IMG/VR virus record: IMGVR_UViG_3300049186_000011 | Strand: one strand, 5' to 3' | DNA length: 46,474 bases | Source of the DNA: a virus | Shown here: one piece after another, positions 32,020 through 41,299 of the stretch | How positions within the stretch are numbered: position 1 is the stretch's first letter | Layout of the letters: each line of letters opens with the position of its first letter | Position numbers and translations under genes: made by a program | The notes under the pieces: model-generated | Databases searched by the model: none | Told to the model about the DNA's origin: nothing | What the model saw: only the letters and a program-made list of their open reading frames with translations

Positions 32020-34209
32020 ATGACTACGACTGCCTTGATGCCAGTCGCGAAGCAGCAGTATTTCGCGACGAATGGCCGGCCGCTCAATGGCGGCTTCTTG
32101 TACACCTATGCCTCTGGCACCACGACGCCGAAAGCGACCTACACCGATGCGGCCGGCACGGTGCCGCAAACGAATCCTATCGTGCTGAACTCGCGTGGCG
32201 AGCCTGCCAGTGCAATTTACTGGTCCGGCTCCTATCGCGTGGTGCTGAAAGACTCCTTTGGCTCCACCATCTATACGGTGGACGACTACAACACGGATCC
32301 GGCTGATTTGTGGAGCATTCGGAGCGATTTGGCGGCTGATGATGGGCTTGATCAAATCGGCTTCAAACAGCGCGGCGCCACAGCCATTTCACGCACCGGC
32401 CAGGACAAGGCCCGTGATATCTGGAACTGGGCCGACTTTGGCGATGACACGGCATCGTTCAATGATGCGATGACTGAATGCAGCGCATCGGGTGGCGGCA
32501 TTCTGTACGTCAATGGCGGCACTTACACCGGCTTGGGCCAGCTGTACCACCGCGATAATGTGACGCTCCACCTTGCGGCCGGCACGGTGCTGCAATCGGC
32601 AACCAATGTATTAGGTGCAAACGAGCGGTTTTACAACATCGATGACGTGACGAATGGCGCCATCATCGGCAACCACTCGACCATCAAAATGAATGGCGAG
32701 TATGGCAGCGGCGAACAGCGGCATGCAGTATTTCTGGTGGACGCCCACAACTTCAGCATTTACGACCTTCATGCAGACAGTAGCGGCGGCGATGGCTTTT
32801 ACATCGGCAGGAATGCAACTGGCACACATTGCACGAACATCCTGCTACACAACTGCTACGCGGATGGTAACCGCCGCAACAACCTGTCGATCGTGTCGGC
32901 TGACGGCGTGCTGGTGCAGGGTGGCCGCTATTCCAATGCCAGCGGCACATCACCGCAGTACGGAGTCGATATCGAACCTAACGATTCTGACGACGTACTG
33001 ACGGATATCCGTCTGGTTGGCGTGACGACAAAAGGCAACGCGGCTGGCGGCTTCCTGATCGCGCTGCAAAACTTCGTAGCTACCACGGACAACACCACCA
33101 GCATTTCCCTGATCGGCTGCAAGAGCTTTGGCGACAATGCGGATGGTGTGTCGGGCGGCGCACCGCTGCGTTTCGCGGGCACCGGTATCGCATGGGTCGG
33201 GACGCTGGGCGGTGAAGTTTCAGTGGTTGATTTTCAGGCCTTCGACTCGGAGTTTTCCGGCATCTTTATTCAGGATTGGGATTACCAGAAGGGGCCGCGC
33301 ATCAACATTTCGAAGGCCCGAATCTACAACCCGAACGCGAACAATGCGGCGGTCCAGGAATTCGACAAGTGCGGCGTGGTCGCATTCAATTTCTCGGGCA
33401 CGGTTGATGTCGGCAATTTCTACCTCGATGACATCCGCGTTGTCGGGGACAACTGCTACACGACATTGTTTGTGTATGACGTGGGCGGCGATATCCGCAA
33501 CTTCAGCGCTCACGATGTAATTGGCGAGATGGCTAGCACGTCGTCAGGCTTCATCAACTACGTGTCCGCCAGCGGCCCCAACATCAATAGCTCGATCACG
33601 TTCACTTCGCCGCAGTTGGTTGACCTTCCCGGCACCAGCAATCTAAGCAACTTCCCCGGGCATGTTTGCGTGGCCGGCGCCTCTGGCTCGTATAACCTGC
33701 CCACTGTCGCCAGCTGCATCGGGCAGATTTTCGAACTGCGGAATGGCGGTGATTATTCATCCGAATTCAATCCGGACAACGCTGACACGATTCTTGGCTG
33801 GGGCTGGGCCGCTGGCGATTCCTTGGTGCTGAATAAGACCGGGGATTACGTCAAGGTGCGCGCAACCACGGCTGGCTGGGAGGTCATGTCGATCAGTTGG
33901 TATGCCCAGCGCGTCGGCGGCTACACAGAAACGCTGCCCAGCAAAATCCGCTGGGTTACGAGCGTGCCGACTGCCGGGGCGCATAAATTTGGCGACTTAT
34001 CGCTAAACGTAACTGGAGCCGTTGGGGGCATTTGGGCATGGACCACCAGCACCGAAGGTCCGCCCGGCACGCAATCGCCGGTCGGCATCATCGGTGCAGT
34101 GCAATGCGCCGCGCAGTCGGACTCGGTAGCGGCAACGGTTGCCGACCTGAAAACGGATTTCAACGCGCTGCTGGCCAAGCTGCGCACGTCTAAATTAATC
34201 GCGACCTGA
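32020..34209 (+). CDS. Tailspike with right-handed beta-helix (pectate-lyase-like depolymerase) domain
   Basis: 729 aa. N-terminus ...QQYFATNGRPLNGGFLYTYASGTTTPKATYTD...TNPIVLNSRGE... Repeats such as GGILYVNGGTY..., NILLHNCYADGNRRNNLSIVSADGVLVQGG. Confidence 0.85.
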   Translation: MTTTALMPVAKQQYFATNGRPLNGGFLYTYASGTTTPKATYTDAAGTVPQTNPIVLNSRGEPASAIYWSGSYRVVLKDSFGSTIYTVDDYNTDPADLWSIRSDLAADDGLDQIGFKQRGATAISRTGQDKARDIWNWADFGDDTASFNDAMTECSASGGGILYVNGGTYTGLGQLYHRDNVTLHLAAGTVLQSATNVLGANERFYNIDDVTNGAIIGNHSTIKMNGEYGSGEQRHAVFLVDAHNFSIYDLHADSSGGDGFYIGRNATGTHCTNILLHNCYADGNRRNNLSIVSADGVLVQGGRYSNASGTSPQYGVDIEPNDSDDVLTDIRLVGVTTKGNAAGGFLIALQNFVATTDNTTSISLIGCKSFGDNADGVSGGAPLRFAGTGIAWVGTLGGEVSVVDFQAFDSEFSGIFIQDWDYQKGPRINISKARIYNPNANNAAVQEFDKCGVVAFNFSGTVDVGNFYLDDIRVVGDNCYTTLFVYDVGGDIRNFSAHDVIGEMASTSSGFINYVSASGPNINSSITFTSPQLVDLPGTSNLSNFPGHVCVAGASGSYNLPTVASCIGQIFELRNGGDYSSEFNPDNADTILGWGWAAGDSLVLNKTGDYVKVRATTAGWEVMSISWYAQRVGGYTETLPSKIRWVTSVPTAGAHKFGDLSLNVTGAVGGIWAWTTSTEGPPGTQSPVGIIGAVQCAAQSDSVAATVADLKTDFNALLAKLRTSKLIAT

Positions 34210-34211
34210 GC

Positions 34212-34409
34212 ATGGATAACCGCCCCATTAAGACAGCCATCACCCCTGGTGATGAATATGCCGACGAGCCGATTTATATGCGGCTGCGCCGGCTCTCGGC
34301 TATCGAGTCAGCAGTGATGGAATTGTGCAAAACACGCGTCGCCCCCGCATTTGTTGTGGGGTACAAGCGCGTAAAACTGAACTGGCGGAAGCCGAGAAAG
34401 GATATGTGA
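34212..34409 (+). CDS. Hypothetical protein
   Basis: 65 aa. Confidence 0.5.
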   Translation: MDNRPIKTAITPGDEYADEPIYMRLRRLSAIESAVMELCKTRVAPAFVVGYKRVKLNWRKPRKDM

Positions 34410-34579
34410 TGGCGAACCTGACACCGGAAGAGCAAAAGGCGGTAATCAAGGACGCTTTGAAGGAGTGGCTCGATGATGCTTTTTCAGAATTCGGCAAGTG
34501 GACTGTGAAGGGCTTGCTGGTGGCGGCGTTTGGCGGTTGCGTGTATCTCGCATTGATTAGCCAGGGGTGGCGAAAATGA
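34409..34579 (+). CDS. Small holin-like membrane protein
   Basis: 56 aa. ATG overlaps the upstream TGA. TM segment WTVKGLLVAAFGGCVYLALISQGW. Lies immediately upstream of the endolysin. Confidence 0.45.
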   Translation: MANLTPEEQKAVIKDALKEWLDDAFSEFGKWTVKGLLVAAFGGCVYLALISQGWRK

Positions 34580-35073
34580 CACCGCAACGACTTCTCAAAT
34601 CAGCCATCCTCCCGGCCTTGGATGAATTGGCCACGATGGGTATTCCAGCGAGCGTGCCGGCTGCGCGCTTTATGCTGGCGATCGCATTGCAGGAATCCGG
34701 CCTACGACACCGCCGCCAAGTGACAGCCAGCGGCAACGAAGATGGCCCCGCATCGTCGTGGTGGCAATTTGAGCGTGGTGGTGCGTGCGCTGGTGTGCTG
34801 GCGTTCCCGGTTGCTGGGGCGATGATGCAAAACCTGTGCGACGCATACAACGTAGAAAAGACCGCGCAGGGCCTGTGGACGGCGATGCAGTACCAGGACA
34901 TCATTGCCGCCGCCGCTGCGCGCCTGCTGATCTACACACTGCCGGCCGCGCTGCCGAAAACAGCGGACGAAGGCTGGCAGCAGTACGTGCGCGCATGGCG
35001 ACCGGGAAAGCCGCATCCAGAAACCTGGGCCGCGCATTGGGCAACGGCCAGCCAAGCAACGGGGGTGGCGTAA
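34576..35073 (+). CDS. Endolysin (lytic transglycosylase/SLT-like)
   Basis: ATGA overlap with the upstream gene. ...ARFMLAIALQESGLRHRRQV...SSWWQFERGG..., showing the catalytic E-S-G context. Confidence 0.7.
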   Translation: MTPQRLLKSAILPALDELATMGIPASVPAARFMLAIALQESGLRHRRQVTASGNEDGPASSWWQFERGGACAGVLAFPVAGAMMQNLCDAYNVEKTAQGLWTAMQYQDIIAAAAARLLIYTLPAALPKTADEGWQQYVRAWRPGKPHPETWAAHWATASQATGVA

Positions 35074-35591
35074 TGGACCCGATCACCATTGCGATGGGCT
35101 TGGCCCAGTTCGCCCCCGGCATCATCAAGCTACTGACCGGCAGCGACAAAGCTGCAGACGTTGCTGCCGACGTGATCGGGATCGCGCAGAAAGCCACCGG
35201 CGCGGCGACAGGCGCCGACGCACTGGACAAACTGCGCGCTGACCCGACAGCCGTGATGAACTTCCAGGCAGCCATGGCAGCGCAGCAAGCCGACCTCGAT
35301 AAGGCTTATCTGGCCGACATGGCAGACGCACGGGGGCGCGATGTGGAGTTAGCCAAAGCCGGTCACACCAACCATCGCGCTAACGCCATGGCCGCTTGCG
35401 CCGTCGCCCTGGTGCTGTTCTGTCTGCTGGTGGTGGTCTGGAAAGCGGAGTTGAACGAGTTTGCAAAAGGTGGCGTGACGCTCATCTTGGGGCGGGCCCT
35501 GGGCTGGGTAGAGCAGGCGTTTTCGTTCGAATTTGGCTCCACGCGGGCCAGTAAGGCAAAGGATGACACGATCAAGGCACTCAGCCGCTAG
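35073..35591 (+). CDS. 3-TM holin-like protein (GTA-type holin family-like)
   Basis: 172 aa. MDPITIAMGLAQFAPGIIKLLTGSDKAADVAADVIG... with C-terminal TM segments. Confidence 0.5.
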   Translation: MDPITIAMGLAQFAPGIIKLLTGSDKAADVAADVIGIAQKATGAATGADALDKLRADPTAVMNFQAAMAAQQADLDKAYLADMADARGRDVELAKAGHTNHRANAMAACAVALVLFCLLVVVWKAELNEFAKGGVTLILGRALGWVEQAFSFEFGSTRASKAKDDTIKALSR

Positions 35592-36577
35592 AGCCTCTTC
35601 GCAATTTCATGCGCGGATTCGTTGTAATAAATCTGCAACATCCGCAAATCCTTGTGCCCCACCATCCGCGCCAATTCCAGCACGTTCAGCTTTTTGGCCA
35701 GGCGCGTAATTGCCTCGTGCCGGGTATCGTGGAAAGTCAGCCCCTCAATCCCGGCGCGCTCCTTCGCCTTGCGATATAGCGCATCCAGGCTGGCAGTCGT
35801 GATGCCGAAGCATGCATCGCCAGGATCACCCTTTGGCAGTTGGCCCAGCAATTCGACCGCGCGCGCCGACAATGGAACATCCCGTTTGCTGCCGTTCTTA
35901 GTCATTGGCAGATGCGCTACGCTGCCCGTGATGTCTCCCCAGGTCAGCCCGCATATCTCCCCTGCCCGCATTGCCGTCTCGATGGCGAACAGGAATGCCG
36001 CCGCCACCGCCTCCGACTTGTTGCTCACCGACTCCGCATACCCCAATGCGAGACAAATCCGCTCGATCTCGTCCTCGCTGATGCGCCGGTCGCGTGGAGG
36101 TGAGCCCTTAGGTCGTCGCACGTCAGTAGTCGGGCTCTCCTTGATCCACTTCCATTCCCTGCGCGCTGTGGTGAAAATGTGCGACAACAGATTTAGTTCC
36201 CGGTTGACGGTGGCGCCGGCTACCGTTTTCAGTCGCTCATCCCGCCACTTCCCCAGCATTTCGGATGTCAACTCGCTTACACGGATGTCACCAAGCACTT
36301 TTCCACTGATTACGTGGCTCTGGATGGCGTTCAGCCGAATTTCCTCCCATCGCCCGCCGCGCTTGTGCGTAGAAACTTCCGTCAAGTAGCGATCAAACGC
36401 ATCTTTGCACGTCTTGTCCGTATCAATGCCAGTGTCGGCCATGCGCCGCAACTGCGCCTCTCGCTCGCCAGCCCAAACCTGGGCCTCGCCCTTAGTCGCG
36501 AACAGCTTTGATTCGCGCACGTCCTTCACCTGGATTTGTGCGCGCCAACTATCCCGGTATTTCTTGATTGATGCCAT
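35588..36577 (-). CDS. int: Tyrosine recombinase / phage integrase
   Basis: 329 aa. ...AMRAGEICGLTW..., HDTRHEAITRLAK..., LARMVGHKDLRMLQIYY, matching the R...HxxR...Y catalytic signature. Confidence 0.95.
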   Translation of the reverse strand: MASIKKYRDSWRAQIQVKDVRESKLFATKGEAQVWAGEREAQLRRMADTGIDTDKTCKDAFDRYLTEVSTHKRGGRWEEIRLNAIQSHVISGKVLGDIRVSELTSEMLGKWRDERLKTVAGATVNRELNLLSHIFTTARREWKWIKESPTTDVRRPKGSPPRDRRISEDEIERICLALGYAESVSNKSEAVAAAFLFAIETAMRAGEICGLTWGDITGSVAHLPMTKNGSKRDVPLSARAVELLGQLPKGDPGDACFGITTASLDALYRKAKERAGIEGLTFHDTRHEAITRLAKKLNVLELARMVGHKDLRMLQIYYNESAHEIAKRL

Positions 36578-36825
36578 AGCCCGTCCTCGCGTTGTGCGGG
36601 AATTATGCGGGATTTGTGCGGGATACGGGAAGTTAATTCATCGCACAATAACGCAAAAGCCACTGTTGTGCGCGGGAGAAGTTTTGATATAAGTGCCTGT
36701 TTTATATAGAAAACTATTCAAAAACAGGCACTTACTTTGAATGCTGGGAGTGCTCCGAGCCGGAATCGCATCCCACAGCAGAATGCGGGTTTCCGACTGG
36801 TGTGCGGGATTTTTGCGGGAACTGA
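36578..36825. promoter_or_regulatory. attP-like region with arm-type direct repeats flanking an AT-rich inverted-repeat core
   Basis: TGCGGGA occurs at 36594, 36605 and 36616 (11-bp phasing) and at 36802 and 36813, with degenerate copies at 36623, 36667 and 36783. A 13-bp inverted repeat AAGTGCCTGTTTT (36690-36702) / AAAACAGGCACTT (36720-36732) has a 17-nt AT-rich spacer. Confidence 0.55.
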
Positions 36826-37089
36826 TCAGTTTTTTTCCTGGTACTTTTGCGCCCAGGCGATCACGTCCTTGGCATTATACAGCGGGTGCGCTCGCTGCTT
36901 CGTCGGCAACCGAATCGCCTTCGGGAATGAGGGAAGGCACGCGATGGTCTGCCGCACTACCTGGGGGTGCCGCTTGAAATACGCGGCCACCATATCCATG
37001 TCCCACAGATCGACGGACAGCGGAATGGCAGGCTTCAAGCGTTCCGCGACAGCATCGGCCAGTTTCTCTATCAAGTCAGTTTCGCTCAT
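36826..37089 (-). CDS. Excisionase / AlpA-like HTH protein
   Basis: 87 aa upstream of int. ...LWDMDMVAAYFKRHPQVVRQTIACLPSFPKAIRLP...DVIAWA... Confidence 0.55.
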   Translation of the reverse strand: MSETDLIEKLADAVAERLKPAIPLSVDLWDMDMVAAYFKRHPQVVRQTIACLPSFPKAIRLPTKQRAHPLYNAKDVIAWAQKYQEKN

Positions 37090-37091
37090 GC

Positions 37092-37385
37092 TCAGTGCCT
37101 CGTGAAAATCTCAGGGGTTAAAGAAAGGTCGGCGCCAAACCGGAATAGCCGCTGCGCCGCGTCCGCCGGCTCCATGCCGAACTGCGCGCACAGCAGTTCA
37201 ATCAGCCCATCATCATCAGGGCAGCCCGCCTCATCGCACGGCATCACTGACACGATCATGGCGGGCACCAGATCGTCGTAGCGGATGATGTACGCCGGGG
37301 CATCCACGGCAATTGACAGCGCGTGCGCTGCGTCGCATAGGGCTTGGCGCAGCGTTGCCAGAGTATCGTCTGCGGGCTCGCTCAT
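37092..37385 (-). CDS. Hypothetical acidic protein
   Basis: ATGA coupling at 37382-37385. Confidence 0.55.
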   Translation of the reverse strand: MSEPADDTLATLRQALCDAAHALSIAVDAPAYIIRYDDLVPAMIVSVMPCDEAGCPDDDGLIELLCAQFGMEPADAAQRLFRFGADLSLTPEIFTRH

Positions 37386-37621
37386 TTGCGCTCCTTGCAC
37401 ACTGCGTCATTGCAGTATGGCGGCTGGCCGTCGCAGGTAAGGCAGGGCTTTCGCTCCTTGTACCCCTGCGGGATGACGACAACTGGCGTTCCGGTCAAGT
37501 CCGACAGCACGGCGCCCAGTGTTTGGCAGACGCTAATGATGTCGCCCGGCTCGACTGCGGATTTCCGCACCAGCGTGTTTGCCGCTTCGAGGAATGCGCG
37601 ACGGTTGGCGACGGCGCTCAT
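37382..37621 (-). CDS. Hypothetical protein
   Basis: 79 aa. ATGA coupling at 37618-37621. Confidence 0.55.
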   Translation of the reverse strand: MSAVANRRAFLEAANTLVRKSAVEPGDIISVCQTLGAVLSDLTGTPVVVIPQGYKERKPCLTCDGQPPYCNDAVCKERK

Positions 37622-38106
37622 TTCGCCTCCCCGGTACGCTGGGCGGCGTCGATGCCAAGCTCCAAAGCACGCTGTCGGGCTGCCTTTAGCAGTGTGCTGA
37701 ATTGAGCTTTTGTCAGCGTCTCTACTGCGACGTCCATAAAGCAGCGCTCCAGCGTTTCCTGCCTTATGGGCGAAGGTGTTTGCGCTTTTAGTTTTGTCAA
37801 TTCGGCAGCTATCACACCCTGGCGAATTTTCAGGTCTTTGATGCGCTGCGTGGCATCAAAGAAAGCGCGATTCTTCTTTTTCGAATTAGCAAACTTGATT
37901 GCATCAAGTTCTTTGGCTTCCTGAACAAGCAATTGCAGTTCAGCGATCAGTGCCTTTCGTTGATTCTGCAGTTTTTCGTCTAGAGAAAGAATGGACGTCG
38001 GATTTACACCCCCGCCAAGCAGATCAAAGCCTTTGCGGGAGCCCTTTGTCGATTCATTTGCGGAGCGTGTGAAGAACTGCTCTGCCTTTGCGGTTGCCCC
38101 TATCAT
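37618..38106 (-). CDS. Hypothetical protein, paralog B of 8333..8734
   Basis: 162 aa. The first 33 codons are nucleotide-identical to 8334-8432. Coiled-coil-like middle region. Confidence 0.7.
   Translation of the reverse strand: MIGATAKAEQFFTRSANESTKGSRKGFDLLGGGVNPTSILSLDEKLQNQRKALIAELQLLVQEAKELDAIKFANSKKKNRAFFDATQRIKDLKIRQGVIAAELTKLKAQTPSPIRQETLERCFMDVAVETLTKAQFSTLLKAARQRALELGIDAAQRTGEAK
38007..38105. repeat. 99-bp perfect inverted repeat, copy 2 (partner 8334..8432)
   Basis: The reverse complement equals 8334-8432 exactly. Identity stops at both edges: GTG versus ATG start, and aagaccc versus taaatcc. Confidence 0.95.
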
Positions 38107-38107
38107 G

Positions 38108-39010
38108 CTATTCCCCTTTCTGCGCAGCGATGGCGGCGTCTATGGTCCTGTCTACACTGGCCTCAAAGCAATCTCCGACCCAATCCGTATGCGGGTTATG
38201 CTCAGGCGCGGGAATCCAGCGCGCCAACGACATTTCCGATACGCTGTTTTTCTCCGTGCTGAACGTCATGTTGTCGCGCAGCCACCGATACCGCGCCGCC
38301 TGCTGCGCATCGTCCGCCTGCGCTGGCTGCTGGGCTGCGATGGTGGCGCTGGTTGCGCTGGTTGCGATTTCAGGCATTCGGCCATGTTCTTTATAGAACT
38401 TCGCAACCGCGAATGATGGAAACTGCATGCGTGATGCAATGCCCCATTCGCCATCAGTCCAGATCGCTCCGCAATCATCGCAATCAGTATGCGTATAGTT
38501 TGGGCTTTTGTTCTGGTGTTCGCACATCACCCGCTCATCCCCAGCCGGTTGCGCGGGCCGGGTCTTCGCATATGCAGTTGCGATTACCCGTGCGCAGCGC
38601 TGCGCCGCCTCGTGGTCGCGTGGCGTTTCTGGCCGCGTGTACGAAAGAATCTTCTCAGTGATCCAGTCAATCGTGGGCGCATCCACCGCCACTGCGGGCG
38701 CTGGTGCCGCCGCCTCGCAAGCGGCGCAACCATTCGCAATACACGCATTCGTCGACGAGGCTCCGCAGTGGTAGCATTTCCACGTCGGCGCGGCCTGGCT
38801 GGCCAGTGTTGGCCAATTCGGCAGGCGGGCCAGCACTTCTTCGGCAGCCGCATGGCAGACGTTGCGCAACTTGCGATGGCCTTCTTCATCAAGATACATG
38901 CCGTTCGTGTCCACGCCGTTGATTACCCAGTCGATGGTGCTATCGGACATGCGTTCGACGCGCGGCATGCCTTCCGGGCCGTTGTTGTAGTGGTCTTTAT
39001 TGGCTTCCAT
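38108..39010 (-). CDS. Hypothetical Cys-rich protein
   Basis: 300 aa, ...WKCYHCGASSTNACIANGCAACE... Confidence 0.6.
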   Translation of the reverse strand: MEANKDHYNNGPEGMPRVERMSDSTIDWVINGVDTNGMYLDEEGHRKLRNVCHAAAEEVLARLPNWPTLASQAAPTWKCYHCGASSTNACIANGCAACEAAAPAPAVAVDAPTIDWITEKILSYTRPETPRDHEAAQRCARVIATAYAKTRPAQPAGDERVMCEHQNKSPNYTHTDCDDCGAIWTDGEWGIASRMQFPSFAVAKFYKEHGRMPEIATSATSATIAAQQPAQADDAQQAARYRWLRDNMTFSTEKNSVSEMSLARWIPAPEHNPHTDWVGDCFEASVDRTIDAAIAAQKGE

Positions 39011-39020
39011 GATCTATTCC

Positions 39021-39242
39021 TTATTCGATGCCGAGAGCCCGGCGAATTTCTTCCTGCGCGTCCCATCGTCCTTCGTTGAATGCGCGGGCAATTTCGCGCT
39101 TGAATGCCGTTGCGATGTGGCCAGCAAGCCACTCCCGGCCATCCGGCGCTACGTCGCGTAGCGTGCAGCCAAACACTTCACGGCCGCCGACAATCACGCG
39201 CAGCATGGGGCCGTCATCGTCATAAATTTGCGTGTCGTCCAT
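39021..39242 (-). CDS. Hypothetical protein
   Basis: 73 aa. Confidence 0.55.
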   Translation of the reverse strand: MDDTQIYDDDGPMLRVIVGGREVFGCTLRDVAPDGREWLAGHIATAFKREIARAFNEGRWDAQEEIRRALGIE

Positions 39243-39246
39243 CGCC

Positions 39247-40344
39247 TCACCCTCCCTTGTTCAGTGCGCGGATGTCACCGGAAACCTGTTTGGCAAAATT
39301 TTTTACGTCATCGCTCCAGCTCCAGCGAAATACCTCCGACTCGCACAGCCGCGCCGCTTCTTCCAGCGCATCAGCGCGGGCTTGGCGTGCGTAGGCTTTG
39401 ATGGCCGATTCCAACATGTGCCAGTCGTAGCGCTCGCGGAGTTGCACGCCGCCACTGTGCATGTTGAAGTATTCGTCCATGTCGAACGCAGGCAGCGGCG
39501 GCAGCCCGTCCGCGCTGGCCGTGGGCCTGGTCTTGGGCCGCTTCGGGCAGGTCGCGCACCACGCAGTTTTGTTATCGCCGCATTCTATGTCGCGCTCCGG
39601 GCAGACGTAGACGATAGTATCGGCAATCGTCTTCGTGGCCGTGGGCGCAACTGGCAAGGATTCCTTGACGGTTGGCGCTTCCACCTTGCCGGGCAGCAGG
39701 GCGCGAACATCGGCCATTGCTTTACGTGCTTGCTCGATGTCGCCATCACTGCTGAACGGAAGATGTTCCAGCAAGTGAAGTAAGTCAGCGACCCGGGAGC
39801 GCAGCACCAGATCGACCGCCGGGCGCGATGCCAGCGCGGCGCGCAGCCGGTCAACTTCGCGGTTCAGTTCATCCACCTTGTTCGTGAAGCGCCATTCTTC
39901 CAGTTCGGCTTCTGCGCGTTCGGCGCGGGCGCTCGCTTCATTCGCCGTGGTCATCAGGCGCGTCACCAATTGCGAGCCACCTTCATCGAAGCCTAATGGG
40001 CCAAGCACCTCCTGCCGCCCGGCTTCGCGTGCCGCTGCAATGCGCTGGGCGATATGCGCATAAAGCGCATCTTCTGCCTTTTGCAGTTTAAGCAGTATTC
40101 CCATATCTTGGTTTCCGTGCCCGTCCACCACATGACGGTATGTGCCTATCAGCAGTTTGGCGAATTCCGGCGTATTCACTTTTTCCGCAGGCGCTGCCGT
40201 GGCGCGCTCTGCAAGCTCGATCAGTTCCAGCACGACCGATGGATAGGCCAACATGTGGAACGCGCTTTCTTCTGCGTTTGACGGCCATTCTTTATTCGCC
40301 GCCAGCGCCGCCGCTTTCAGTTGTTGCAATTGTTCGATGTTCAT
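39247..40344 (-). CDS. Ead/Ea22-like protein
   Basis: 365 aa. N-terminus MNIEQLQQLKAAALAANKEWPS... plus coiled coil. Confidence 0.4.
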   Translation of the reverse strand: MNIEQLQQLKAAALAANKEWPSNAEESAFHMLAYPSVVLELIELAERATAAPAEKVNTPEFAKLLIGTYRHVVDGHGNQDMGILLKLQKAEDALYAHIAQRIAAAREAGRQEVLGPLGFDEGGSQLVTRLMTTANEASARAERAEAELEEWRFTNKVDELNREVDRLRAALASRPAVDLVLRSRVADLLHLLEHLPFSSDGDIEQARKAMADVRALLPGKVEAPTVKESLPVAPTATKTIADTIVYVCPERDIECGDNKTAWCATCPKRPKTRPTASADGLPPLPAFDMDEYFNMHSGGVQLRERYDWHMLESAIKAYARQARADALEEAARLCESEVFRWSWSDDVKNFAKQVSGDIRALNKGG

Positions 40345-40353
40345 GGTTTGTCC

Positions 40354-40554
40354 TTATTGTGGCCGCTGGTCTTCGTCGTACGCGGCCTCGACCGGGTGCG
40401 GCTTGTTATCGTGGATATAGACGTTCCCGTCTTCGTGTCTCTCCGGGGCGATGGCCCGCCCACAGTAGACGCACCAGTAGGCTTCCGGGTCCGTTGCAGC
40501 ATCACCTTGCGGGACCATTTCAGCATCGCGTTCAGGGTTGAGTTTTTCATTCAC
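40354..40554 (-). CDS. Hypothetical protein
   Basis: 66 aa. Confidence 0.5.
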   Translation of the reverse strand: MNEKLNPERDAEMVPQGDAATDPEAYWCVYCGRAIAPERHEDGNVYIHDNKPHPVEAAYDEDQRPQ

Positions 40555-40564
40555 GGTGATGTCC

Positions 40565-40771
40565 TTATTGGTCGCGGGCGGCCAGCGGTTCCAGAAACTT
40601 CACGTTCGGAGCCCATACAGTGGCCACTTGGCCGTCTTCCAGTTCGACAATGGCGACTGGGTTGCTCTGGCCTTCGCCGTCAGCCTCTTGGCCCCATGCG
40701 TGGAAATGGCAGATTTTAGGCAGTAGCTTTTTTTCTTGCTCATCCCAAACTTTGGCTTCAACTTTTCTCAT
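40565..40771 (-). CDS. Hypothetical protein
   Basis: 68 aa. Confidence 0.5.
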   Translation of the reverse strand: MRKVEAKVWDEQEKKLLPKICHFHAWGQEADGEGQSNPVAIVELEDGQVATVWAPNVKFLEPLAARDQ

Positions 40772-40801
40772 GATGTTCTTTCTGCCCTTGGGGCGGGGTG
40801 G

Positions 40802-41299
40802 TTATTGGGATTCGGGCTTCATAAACACGAGCCAGTGCGTCATTCCGCTGCGCCCCGAGACTTGCCCGAATAACGGCTTGTGCGGCGTCAGTGCCAGCAC
40901 TTCGGCAAGTTTCACTTGCGTTTCGTTCCACTTGAAGACCAGAACGCCATGCGGCTCCAGCACGCGGAAGCACTCAGCAAAACCTGCGGCCAGGTCAGCG
41001 CGCCAGTCGTCCGAAAGCTTGCCGTATTTCGCAGCAAGCCAGCTTTTCGGGCCAGCGCGCACCAAGTGCGGCGGATCGAATGCAATCAGCTTGAAGGACT
41101 CGTCAGGGAAATGCATGGCCCTGAAGTCCATCAGCGTGTCCGGCTTGATTTGCAGGGTGCGCGTTCCGTCTTTGCGGTGCGTCCGATCCGTGACAACTAG
41201 CGTTTCGCTGCGCTGGTCGCCAAACAGGGCGCGCTGGTCTTGCTTGTCGATCCACATCATGCGTCCACCGCAGCAAGGGTCAAGTACAGTGCGGATCAC
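40802..41299 (-). CDS. Small SAM-dependent methyltransferase (putative DNA N6-adenine type)
   Basis: GTG 41299 overlaps the upstream TGA. VLDPCCGG (motif I-like) and AFDPPH (DPPY-like motif IV). Confidence 0.6.
   Translation of the reverse strand: MIRTVLDPCCGGRMMWIDKQDQRALFGDQRSETLVVTDRTHRKDGTRTLQIKPDTLMDFRAMHFPDESFKLIAFDPPHLVRAGPKSWLAAKYGKLSDDWRADLAAGFAECFRVLEPHGVLVFKWNETQVKLAEVLALTPHKPLFGQVSGRSGMTHWLVFMKPESQ

Noticed and set aside
36741-36790. tRNA 3'-end-like sequence in the attP region (…gagccggaatcgcatccc…) that might identify a tRNA attB
   Set aside because: It does not fold into a T-arm plus acceptor in either orientation when checked by hand. The resemblance to GGTTCGAATCC-type loops is only partial.
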